Below are positions 1-7,012 of a stretch of 13,978 bases of DNA, in pieces. The stretch is from assembly GCF_009696165.1 (NCBI RefSeq), contig NZ_VUMN01000027.1, positions 26,819 through 40,796 of the forward strand, given 5' to 3'. Positions within the stretch are counted from its first letter, which is position 1. Every line of letters begins with the position of its first letter. Under the pieces are notes generated by a model. It did not search any database. It was given only the letters and a program-made list of their open reading frames with translations, and was not told where the DNA came from. Both the position numbers and the translations under genes were made by a program. Source of the stretch: Stecheria intestinalis. Its GTDB lineage: Bacteria > Bacillota_I > Bacilli_A > Erysipelotrichales > Erysipelotrichaceae.

Positions 1-436
1 AAAGCAGGTTGAAGAGAATCACCAGCCCAAGCACGATGGAAATCGATGCCATAATGAGATAGACCCAGCTCTTCGGATACCCCATCCGGATGGCATCAAT
101 GCCATCCTGCAGCTTCAGGAAACCGCTGCTGATGATCATGATGCCCATGATGAACGGAATCATCGTCTGGAATATCGTCTTCTCCTTAACGATCAGAATA
201 CCAAGCAGAATCCATACAATGCCGAACACGAAATCATTGCGGAACAGCGAATCCTGCAGATCCATCATGAAATAGCTGATCATCAGCACTGCACCATAGA
301 CCATCATGCCGATGCCGACCAGATTGCAGACCAAGTCTGCAACATTCTGCGGATAGAACAGCAGAAGAAGACCGGCAATCAGGTAGAGCACAGCAGCAAT
401 CATCGACTGCCACTTGAAGTGTTTCAGTTTTCTCAT
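1..436 (-). CDS. DUF308/HdeD-like small integral membrane protein. The N-terminal ~145 aa are present and the C-terminus lies beyond the window start.
   Basis: Open minus-strand frame running off the window edge. ATG at 436-434 is preceded by a GGGAGGATGT RBS (rc of 441-450). The translation MRKLKHFKWQSMIAAVLYLIAGLLLLFYPQNVADL...GILIVKEKTIFQTMIPFIMGIMIISSGF...IMASISIVLGLVILFNLL is a series of repeated hydrophobic helices typical of DUF308. This ORF is not in the supplied ORF track because it has no stop within the window. Confidence 0.6.
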   Translation of the reverse strand, partial: MRKLKHFKWQSMIAAVLYLIAGLLLLFYPQNVADLVCNLVGIGMMVYGAVLMISYFMMDLQDSLFRNDFVFGIVWILLGILIVKEKTIFQTMIPFIMGIMIISSGFLKLQDGIDAIRMGYPKSWVYLIMASISIVLGLVILFNLL

Positions 437-531
437 AATAACATCCTCCCTTTGAATCATAAGAGTTTCCGGATAGATTTCAATCAACATATGACGATTT
501 GCGTCTAATCGCCTGTGTTAGAATAATGCCT

Positions 532-1473
532 ATGAAAAAGCATACTCTAGTAACCCTTCTGCTTGAGCAGAAAACCATCGATGCCATGAATGGCATTGAT
601 GGCTATGAATACCGGTTCAGAAAACCAGAGGAGGTCACTGCCGATGACCTTTCCTGGGCAGAAATCATTGTCGGAGATCCGACCATGGAGCAGATTCGCA
701 TGGCTGAGCATCTGGAATGGATCCAGACAGATTCTGCCGGAGTCGACCGCTATCGCAGTCTGGACCCGCAGATCGTCTTGTCGAATGCCTATGGAGCTTA
801 TGGTCCAGGCATTGCAGAATTCATGACTGCCTGCATTCTGATGACAGATAAGAAGCTGAATCGCTATGTCAAAGCACAGGCAGATCACTCCTGGAAGAAT
901 CTCGGCTACGGGATCGGCATCGAGAACATGAAGGTTCTTTCGGTTGGCATGGGCTCAATTGGTTCTGAGTTTCTGAAACGCATGCATGCACTCGGAGCTA
1001 AGTGCTATGGCGTCCGCCGATCTGTTCATGAAGTTCCGGAATTTGCGGAAGCCGTATATCAGACCAGCGATCTGAAACAGATTCTTCCGGAAATGGATGC
1101 TGTTGCTCTCAGCCTTCCGGAAACGCCCGACACGATTCACCTGTTTGACAGGGAAATGCTTTCCTGCACGAAACGCGGCAGCATCCTCATGAATGTCGGC
1201 AGAGGCACTGCGATTGATCAGACTGCTCTTCTCAGCTTCACCCGCCAGCACTGGTTTTCGGCAGTGATTCTCGATGTTACCGAACCGGAACCGCTGCCGA
1301 AGAACAACCCGCTCTGGAATGAAGAAGATGTCATCATCACGCCTCACATCAGCGGAAGATATCATAATCCGCTCAATTATGACCGGGTCAGTGCAGTGAT
1401 TCTCGAGAACCTGAAACATGCAGCGGCCGGTGAGCCTCTGAAGCATGTCATTGACCTCAAGAAGGGCTACTGA
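532..1473 (+). CDS. D-isomer-specific 2-hydroxyacid dehydrogenase, NAD(P)-dependent (glyoxylate/hydroxypyruvate reductase-like).
   Basis: Rossmann motif VLSVGMGSIGSEFLKRMHALG. Catalytic Arg/Glu/His triad context: GRGTAID, LDVTEPEPL, ITPHISG. The ORF track begins at a TTG (499). ATG 532 (MKKHTLVTLL) matches the usual family N-terminus. No strong RBS is visible, so the start is uncertain (526 or 532). Confidence 0.8.
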   Translation: MKKHTLVTLLLEQKTIDAMNGIDGYEYRFRKPEEVTADDLSWAEIIVGDPTMEQIRMAEHLEWIQTDSAGVDRYRSLDPQIVLSNAYGAYGPGIAEFMTACILMTDKKLNRYVKAQADHSWKNLGYGIGIENMKVLSVGMGSIGSEFLKRMHALGAKCYGVRRSVHEVPEFAEAVYQTSDLKQILPEMDAVALSLPETPDTIHLFDREMLSCTKRGSILMNVGRGTAIDQTALLSFTRQHWFSAVILDVTEPEPLPKNNPLWNEEDVIITPHISGRYHNPLNYDRVSAVILENLKHAAAGEPLKHVIDLKKGY

Positions 1474-1490
1474 AACACAGGAGGGGACAG

Positions 1491-2423
1491 ATGGGAATTG
1501 TCGTAATAGGAGCAGTATTCGTGGATATCAAAGGATATCCGCTCGGCAAATACGTACCGGACGGAAGAAACGCCGGCCGGGTTGTCCAGGTTCATGGCGG
1601 TGTCAGCCGCAATGTCGCTGAAGACATCGCAAACGTCGAACTCAGGCCGACCTTTCTGAGCGTCGTCGATGATACCGGAACCGGCGAAGACGTCATTCAT
1701 AAACTTCAGCGGCATAAAGTCGTGACAGATTATATTCAGAAAGTCCCAGGAGGTCTTGGCACCTGGCTTGCAATCTTCGATCAGGATGGCGATGTTGTCG
1801 GATCCATCTCTCAGCGTCCGGATCTTTCCGTGCTCAGTGACGTCCTTGCGGAACATGGCGATGAGATCTTCCGCGATTGCGACAGTGTAGTAGTCGAGAT
1901 CGATATGGCTTCCTCCCTCCTCAAGCAGATTTTCGATCTTGCCGACAGGTATCATAAAGTCGTCTATGCAGTCGTTTCCAATATGTCCATTGCATTGGAG
2001 CGCAGAGATCTTATGATGCGCACCGGCTGCGTTGTATGCAATCAGGAAGAAGCCGGGCTCCTGTTTTCCGACGATTTCACCGGCATGACTCCAGAAGAAC
2101 TTGCTCCGATCATCTACCGTAAAGCATGCACTGCGCAATATCGCAGAGTTGTCGTGACGATGGGAAAAAGCGGAGCAGTCTATGCAGAGCCCGATATCGG
2201 ATGCGGAGTATGTCCTGCTCAGGAAACAGCTGTCATCGATACTGCCGGATGCGGGGACGCATTCTTTGCCGGAGTCACGATAGGACTCACCTATGGCAAG
2301 AAGCTGAAAGAAGCATGTGAGATCGGAACAAGACTTGCTTCCTCCGTCATCGCAACAAAAGAAAATGTCTGTCCGAGATTCCGGCCTGAAGAATTCGGCC
2401 TGTTCCCGGGAAGAAACTGCTAG
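1491..2423 (+). CDS. PfkB-family carbohydrate/nucleoside kinase (ribokinase-like fold).
   Basis: GG motif GGVSRNVA and C-terminal anion-hole/catalytic motif DTAGCGDAF. RBS GGAGGGG lies 7 nt upstream. It starts 18 nt after the dehydrogenase stop, so the two genes form an operon. Confidence 0.85.
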   Translation: MGIVVIGAVFVDIKGYPLGKYVPDGRNAGRVVQVHGGVSRNVAEDIANVELRPTFLSVVDDTGTGEDVIHKLQRHKVVTDYIQKVPGGLGTWLAIFDQDGDVVGSISQRPDLSVLSDVLAEHGDEIFRDCDSVVVEIDMASSLLKQIFDLADRYHKVVYAVVSNMSIALERRDLMMRTGCVVCNQEEAGLLFSDDFTGMTPEELAPIIYRKACTAQYRRVVVTMGKSGAVYAEPDIGCGVCPAQETAVIDTAGCGDAFFAGVTIGLTYGKKLKEACEIGTRLASSVIATKENVCPRFRPEEFGLFPGRNC

Positions 2424-2457
2424 AGGCTGCGGAAGGGCAGGGATTCATAAAACAGTT

Positions 2458-2489
2458 GCATTCCCGGCAGATGTTTCTGACGGGAATGT
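2458..2489 (+). terminator. Hairpin after the kinase gene, a possible operon terminator.
   Basis: Inverted repeat CATTCCCG(2459-2466)...CGGGAATG(2481-2488) with a 14-nt loop, followed by T/A-rich sequence (ttcatgtatattgtgtatattt). This is not a clean U-tract. Confidence 0.35.
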
Positions 2490-2570
2490 TCATGTATATT
2501 GTGTATATTTCATCGATTTGATAGAAAAGACTTAACAATTCGACAAGCTTAAATTTGACGAGATAGGGAA

Positions 2571-3032
2571 ATGCTTGAATTATATAAGCCTCATATTGAG
2601 GACTTGTGGTTTAAGGAAAAAATGATGAGTGATGAGCAGACGATGGCTTACAACCATGCCTGCGGAGGCACAATTCCATTCCCTAAAGAATATTGGGCAG
2701 ATTGGCATGACAGATGGATCATAAACCACAATAACAAACGCTTTTACAGATACATTAAAGATAATGGCACTTTTATTGGCGAGGCAGCATATCATTTTGA
2801 CGAAGAACGGCAGATTTATATTGCTGACGTGATCATTTATGCCCCGTACCGAGGAAAGGGATACGGCCGCAACGGACTATTGCTTTTATGTGAAACGGCA
2901 AAAGACAACGGCATCATGGAACTCTATGACGATATTGCTATAGACAATTCTTCTGTTGCACTATTCCTTAAATGTGGGTTTGTGGAAGTTCTGCGAACCA
3001 CCGAGTACGTTTTAGTAAAAAAGGAATTGTGA
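2571..3032 (+). CDS. GNAT-family N-acetyltransferase.
   Basis: Acetyl-CoA-binding motif YRGKGYGRNGLLLL and the beta-strand pattern typical of GNAT. The gene and its flanks are visibly AT-richer than neighbouring genes. The ATG at 2622 (MMSDEQ...) has a better RBS (AAGGAAAAA) than 2571, so the true start may be 2622. Confidence 0.75.
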   Translation: MLELYKPHIEDLWFKEKMMSDEQTMAYNHACGGTIPFPKEYWADWHDRWIINHNNKRFYRYIKDNGTFIGEAAYHFDEERQIYIADVIIYAPYRGKGYGRNGLLLLCETAKDNGIMELYDDIAIDNSSVALFLKCGFVEVLRTTEYVLVKKEL

Positions 3033-3107
3033 GCAGCCAATTCCAATTTGTTGAACAGATAAAGGGTGCACTTCTATACGCCGCCCGGTGTAGTGCGTTG
3101 AGTACGA

Positions 3108-3130
3108 TTATGCACTGCGCCGGTGCATAA
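3108..3130. repeat. Perfect 8-bp inverted repeat TTATGCAC-N7-GTGCATAA.
   Basis: TTATGCAC at 3108-3115 and its exact reverse complement at 3123-3130. The repeat is not followed by a U-tract on either strand. It sits directly beside the bidirectional terminator. Confidence 0.4.
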
Positions 3131-3133
3131 CAC

Positions 3134-3170
3134 GAAAAACCGACCTATGATCGTAATCATAGGTCGATTT
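3134..3170. terminator. Bidirectional rho-independent terminator, serving the minus-strand aldolase operon and plausibly the plus-strand GNAT gene.
   Basis: An 11-bp perfect stem CGACCTATGAT/ATCATAGGTCG (3141-3151 and 3156-3166) with loop CGTA. It is flanked by AAAAA (3135-3139, giving UUUUU on the minus strand) and by TTTACTGTTTTA on the plus side. Confidence 0.65.
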
Positions 3171-3210
3171 ACTGTTTTATGGACACCTGCCAAATCTGCA
3201 GCCTCTTTTT

Positions 3211-3876
3211 TTACTTTCCAAGATGGATTTCTGCAGGATAGCCCCACTTCTGCAGTTCCTCTGCAGGAAGCACCTCAGGTTCTTTTCCCTGATTCAGCAG
3301 CAGGGCATGTTCATACAATTCTGCAATCTCTTCTACATAGCATGCCTTGAGATATGCCTCTTCAATACTTGCTTCATCGACCGTCACATCACCATGAGCC
3401 TGCAGCAGGAACGCATCATGATGCTTCACCGGCTCAATGACCGATTCTGCTAATGCCATAGTCCCCGGTCTTGCATAGGGAGCGACCGGGATGATTTCAT
3501 CCGCATTGCCAAGATGGAACATCTCATACACCAATGCAGGAATCGGCTTATTCAGCACTGCAAATACCGTAGCAAATTTGGAATGCGTATGCACGATTGC
3601 GGTTACATCCTTCCTTGTGCGGTAGATCGCCAGGTGCATCATCGCTTCGCTGGTCGGTTTAAGTCCATTGACCGATTCCACCACTTCTGCATCCATATTC
3701 ATGACTACCATATCCTGAAGCACCATCTTCTCCCGATCCACTCCGGTCGGCGTGATCACAACCAGGCCGCTCTCCAGGTCTCTGGCAGAGAAATTCCCAG
3801 ACTTATGCCTGCATAGTCCATCTCTCTGAGCCGTCTTTGCGACCTCCATCACCTGTTCTTTCAGTTCTTCCAGCAT
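3211..3876 (-). CDS. Class II aldolase/adducin-family protein (FucA / L-ribulose-5-P 4-epimerase / MtnB-like).
   Basis: Motifs GNFSAR, EAMMHLAIY, metal-binding HTHS, PALVYE and LLQAHG align with L-fuculose-1-phosphate aldolase. The start codon lies 4 nt after the alaX-L stop, and the RBS GAGAGGA sits inside the upstream gene. Confidence 0.85.
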   Translation of the reverse strand: MLEELKEQVMEVAKTAQRDGLCRHKSGNFSARDLESGLVVITPTGVDREKMVLQDMVVMNMDAEVVESVNGLKPTSEAMMHLAIYRTRKDVTAIVHTHSKFATVFAVLNKPIPALVYEMFHLGNADEIIPVAPYARPGTMALAESVIEPVKHHDAFLLQAHGDVTVDEASIEEAYLKACYVEEIAELYEHALLLNQGKEPEVLPAEELQKWGYPAEIHLGK

Positions 3877-3880
3877 CCTG

Positions 3881-5008
3881 TTACTGTCCTCTCTTTTCTT
3901 TCATAATTGCTTCTGCCGCAGCCGCAAAATCCGCTTTGCTGAGTTCGCTTCTTCCGCTTACGATCTTCGGGCTTCCGCCTCCTGAACATCCTGTCTTCTG
4001 CTTCAGAATTTCCAGAAAGTCACGTGCTTTCTGGTCTGGTGACACGATAGCAAAGTCAATCAGACTACCTGCGGAATAGATCATCGTCGTGTACTTTGCC
4101 ACCCTTCCATATTCCTGTGAGAACACTCTCAGCTTCTGACTCTGATTCTTTCCGAGGTCAATGATCAGAGGCTCTTTCTCTGCATATTCAGCTGCTTCAT
4201 ATCTGCAGAGACTCCTGGTCAGATCCTGAAGCTCTGCCTTCTGCTTCTTATTGTTTTCAAAGAGCTTCTCCAGTTTCTCTGGCAGCTCACTGATGCCGGT
4301 ATTCAGAATTCCGGCAAGCTCATGCAGAAGACGGTCTTCCCTGACCAGCATCCAGTCAGCTGCTCTGCTGCAGGCAAAATAGATTCTGGTACCTGAGCTG
4401 ATATGCTCGCTGTGAAGCAGCACAAAGCTTCCGATCTCTCCCGTATGATTTACATGCGGCGTTCCGCATGGCTGCTGATCCAGCCCTTTGATCGTAACGA
4501 TCCGCACCTGGTCATATTTCGCATATTCAGGATCCGGATACTCTCTTCCCTTCACATACGAAAAGGTCACCGGCACATCCATTTCGATTGCGTGATTGAT
4601 ATAGCTCTGCACTTCTTCCAGATGAGATGGAGGCAGATCTCTTGTATTGATGTCATAGTAGGAATTCTCCGGATTCACATTTGTGGATGAAATCAGAATT
4701 CCTTTCTTTCGGTAATACGTATCCAGAATATGAAGCGCTGTCTGGGGAGCAGTTACCGCCAGCCGGTATTCTGCATCCAATTCCATGACAATCGGATTAT
4801 GCAGAATTCCATTCACATGATGCCAGAGCTCCTCTCCCTCCCAGTAAAGTCCATCCACGTTCAAGCCATTGATCGTTCCACGATCATCAGGCATCCCGCC
4901 TTTTTCGCCATAAAACACCGTATCGGCAAAGCGATACCACCCATCCTTCTCGTCAGCGATTTCCGTTACACAGGAAACACGCTCATAATGATCATACCTT
5001 CCCTGCAT
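3881..5008 (-). CDS. AlaX-L-type alanyl-tRNA editing protein: AlaRS editing/SAD domain plus a C-terminal DHHA1-like domain.
   Basis: N-terminal DTVFYGEKGGMPDDRGTING matches the AlaRS-family FYPexGGQxxDxG motif. The SAD motifs QTALHIL (HxxxH position) and CGTPHV (CxxxH) are present. The C-terminal GGGSPKIVSG resembles the GGG motif of the AlaRS C-domain. A strong RBS AAAGGAGGA precedes the ATG at 5008. Confidence 0.75.
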   Translation of the reverse strand: MQGRYDHYERVSCVTEIADEKDGWYRFADTVFYGEKGGMPDDRGTINGLNVDGLYWEGEELWHHVNGILHNPIVMELDAEYRLAVTAPQTALHILDTYYRKKGILISSTNVNPENSYYDINTRDLPPSHLEEVQSYINHAIEMDVPVTFSYVKGREYPDPEYAKYDQVRIVTIKGLDQQPCGTPHVNHTGEIGSFVLLHSEHISSGTRIYFACSRAADWMLVREDRLLHELAGILNTGISELPEKLEKLFENNKKQKAELQDLTRSLCRYEAAEYAEKEPLIIDLGKNQSQKLRVFSQEYGRVAKYTTMIYSAGSLIDFAIVSPDQKARDFLEILKQKTGCSGGGSPKIVSGRSELSKADFAAAAEAIMKEKRGQ

Positions 5009-5628
5009 TCATATCCTCCTTTGCTGATCTTGCAATCTGGATCATCCGAACTCCGCCATCTGCAATCAGAATTGATCCGAGCGAAACCATATATCAGTCG
5101 ATTCCCCGGTCCATAGCAGCCAGAATATCCCCTCCGGAAACACCGAACAGAATCCCTGCAGCCAGGATCAGAATTGCTCTGCCTGCCATCGTTCATACAG
5201 ATTCTGACAATCTGATTCTGTTTTTCCCTGCCTAGCATTGCAGAACAGTACAGCACCAGATTTGCGCCTTCGGAATGTCCTCCGATCAGATATCGCCGTT
5301 CCGGTTTCATCACATGTTCTGCATAGCTCAGGGCGTACTGCTGGGAAATGGTCTTTGCAAAGGGAATCATGAAATCTTCCATTCACTCCGCTATAGAAGT
5401 ATCTGTTCCCCGGAAAGAAAGATAAGGGCACCGCTCATTCAGAACTATTTCAACTGCTCCGAACTGACATGCATGCTTCTCATCAAAATGATCCTCATAG
5501 TTTCTGAGAACCAGTCTTCCGGACCTTTCCGTATCAGCTGCAAGCATGAAATGATCAGTATCGCTGAATGTATCTTCTGCAAGCGGAATATTCCGGTGCC
5601 AGAGCAGGTAATCCTTCAGCGTATCCAT
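4966..5628 (-). pseudogene. DUF2974 (Mbeg1-like) lipase-fold alpha/beta hydrolase. It is disrupted by an in-frame TGA and is degenerate or truncated after the nucleophile elbow.
   Basis: ORFs 5383..5730 and 4966..5382 lie in the same frame, separated only by a TGA at 5385-5383: ...SFRGTDTSIAE*MEDFMIPF.... The TGA sits where the family has a Trp (TGG) after the FRGTD motif. The nucleophile elbow GHSEG (IGGHSEGANLVLY) is present. After ~25 more residues the translation becomes R/C/G-rich nonsense and then runs into alaX-L. The total length of about 220 codons is shorter than typical family members. The likely original start is ATG 5628 (MDTLKDYLLWHRN...) with RBS GAAAGAAGGG. Confidence 0.55.
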
Positions 5629-5664
5629 AATAGCCCTTCTTTCGCCCAGGACCATCTTAACATG

Positions 5665-5691
5665 AAAAGGACTGCTTCCCGCAGTCCTTTT
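5665..5691. terminator. Intrinsic terminator ending the EncFtn-encapsulin transcript (bidirectional shape).
   Basis: An 8-bp stem AGGACTGC/GCAGTCCT (extendable to 11 bp) with loop TTCCC, flanked by AAAA and TTTT. It lies 23-50 nt downstream of the encapsulin stop (5714) on the minus strand. Confidence 0.6.
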
Positions 5692-5713
5692 GTCATAGAC
5701 CGATCCGTGTCTT

Positions 5714-6487
5714 CTATCCCTGATAAACAACTACTGCATTCGGATTTTTCAGTCTCAGGAGAACCGTCTCGAATACCCGGAAATCATGATTCATTTCTGA
5801 AGATCCGAGGTATCCGGTCACAAGATCCTGTCCGATCGCAAGATCCATGTTCTGCTCATCCGGCGCTGCCAGCAGAGCAGTCTTTGCCGGAAGTACCGGT
5901 GACTGATAAATCTTTCCTTCAATCAGCGCACTGATTCTCTGACTTTCCAGGGTACCGGTGCCAGGCTGAATCCGCTGCAGCATTGCAAAGACATCCGGAC
6001 TCACCACCAGAACCTTTGAACCATAGGTACGATGTTCCAGCATGAACTGCAGGCCGGCAGAGACTGCCGCAAATGCATGTTCATCTTTATCCCAATTCTG
6101 CATCTTGATCGTCTTGCCAGGCTTGCTGACAAGACCAGCCGCACCCGTCTCTTCGTCTCCGAGGAAAATGAGCTTATCCTCATTCAGAGCCGTATTCACT
6201 GCCGCAGAAACTGCCTCGGAATAAGACATCGGCACATTGAGCCGTTCTGAAGTCTCCAGTTCTCTCCAGCCCAGCGTGAAATCAGAAGAGAGCTCCGTCA
6301 GCATTGCAAACTGCTTTTTTCCATCTTTTACGATCTCAGCTGCCGGTACCCCTGCCCCAAGCGGGCCATAGATATTCAGAAATCTTCTGCCTGTCAGCAC
6401 AGAACGTGCTGCTGCTACTACTTTTTCATCAATTGCTTTCCATTGTGCCTCTGAAAGCTTGCTGTCACTTCTCATCAGGAATTCCAT
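5714..6487 (-). CDS. Encapsulin nanocompartment shell protein (Family 1, HK97 fold, Linocin_M18-like).
   Basis: 257 aa. N-terminal MEFLMRSDSKLSEAQWKAIDEKVV...GRRFLNIYGPLG and C-terminal LAIGQDLVTGY...FRVFETVLLRLKNPNAVVV align along their length with the Thermotoga maritima encapsulin ([20 protein letters not shown]...GRKFVDVEGPYG...LILGQDLSIGY...FTFQVVNPEALILL). The RBS AGGAGG is embedded in the 3' end of the upstream cargo gene. Confidence 0.9.
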   Translation of the reverse strand: MEFLMRSDSKLSEAQWKAIDEKVVAAARSVLTGRRFLNIYGPLGAGVPAAEIVKDGKKQFAMLTELSSDFTLGWRELETSERLNVPMSYSEAVSAAVNTALNEDKLIFLGDEETGAAGLVSKPGKTIKMQNWDKDEHAFAAVSAGLQFMLEHRTYGSKVLVVSPDVFAMLQRIQPGTGTLESQRISALIEGKIYQSPVLPAKTALLAAPDEQNMDLAIGQDLVTGYLGSSEMNHDFRVFETVLLRLKNPNAVVVYQG

Positions 6488-6492
6488 ATGAT

Positions 6493-6849
6493 TTATTCCT
6501 CCTTCATGCTTCCTACTGTCACCTGACTCACGCCGGGAATCTCTGCCGGCTTGATGCCAAGTTCTTCCAGCATTTCTAATACTTCCTTCTCACCAGACGC
6601 ATACAGGTCTCCCTCTTTCGGATCCAGATACTTCAGCAGAGTCAGAAGTTCTCCCATATGTGTCTTTTCTTCATCACGAATGTCAGAGAGCACTGCTTTC
6701 GCAACCGGATCATCGGTTGCCTGAACGTGTGCATCATACCCATAGATCGCTTCCAGTTCTCCGGAGAGATCTGCCCGAATTGCCTGCACCAGTTCCTCTT
6801 TTGTCATCTTGCGCTCTACATTTGCTGAAAACGGATTGCCAAACATCAT
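6493..6849 (-). CDS. Encapsulated ferritin-like protein (EncFtn/Flp) cargo with a C-terminal encapsulin targeting peptide.
   Basis: 118 aa four-helix ferritin-like protein with di-iron ligand context (SGELEAIYGY, DEEKTHMGE = ExxH). The C-terminus ...IPGVSQVTVGSMKEE matches the TVGSLK-type Family-1 cargo-loading peptide. The gene sits immediately upstream of the shell gene with a 5-nt gap. RBS AAAGGAGGT lies 6 nt before the ATG. Confidence 0.8.
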   Translation of the reverse strand: MMFGNPFSANVERKMTKEELVQAIRADLSGELEAIYGYDAHVQATDDPVAKAVLSDIRDEEKTHMGELLTLLKYLDPKEGDLYASGEKEVLEMLEELGIKPAEIPGVSQVTVGSMKEE

Positions 6850-6997
6850 TCATTACCTCCTTTGAGAATGAGAAGCAGATCTGCAATATTCCAGTCTGCT
6901 CTCCTTATCTTGCAATAACACTATAGCATGGAAGCCAGACCATGAATTGCGAAAATTACTTCATTTTTTATCTTATTTACCTGATTAATTCATTTTA

Positions 6998-7012
6998 GGA
7001 TAATTATTGTCC
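6998..7012. promoter_or_regulatory. Candidate Fur/PerR-family 7-1-7 operator in the divergent EncFtn / MFS promoter region.
   Basis: GGATAAT-T-ATTGTCC, compared with the Bacillus Fur consensus TGATAAT-N-ATTATCA and the PerR consensus TTATAAT-N-ATTATAA. It is an imperfect dyad about 150 nt upstream of both divergent start codons, in an AT-rich intergenic region (6850-7162). Confidence 0.3.

Noticed and set aside
5010-5170. Short hydrophobic peptides in alternative frames of the lipase remnant (e.g. MAGRAILILAAGILFGVSGGDILAAMDRGID).
   Set aside because: They are 31-33 codons long, have no RBS, and lie inside a degenerate pseudogene. They probably reflect frameshift debris from the original lipase C-terminal half and are not a separate gene.
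5383-5385. Possibility that the in-frame TGA is decoded as Trp (genetic code 4) or Sec.
   Set aside because: TGA terminates the 2-hydroxyacid dehydrogenase at 1471-1473, with the next gene's RBS immediately after. No SECIS-like hairpin follows the lipase TGA. All other genes are intact under the standard code.
5275-5934. 219-aa plus-strand ORF overlapping the lipase pseudogene and the encapsulin 3' end.
   Set aside because: It is antisense to two genes that have strong family motifs. It has no RBS, and its sequence is Ser/Pro/Arg-rich with no domain signature.
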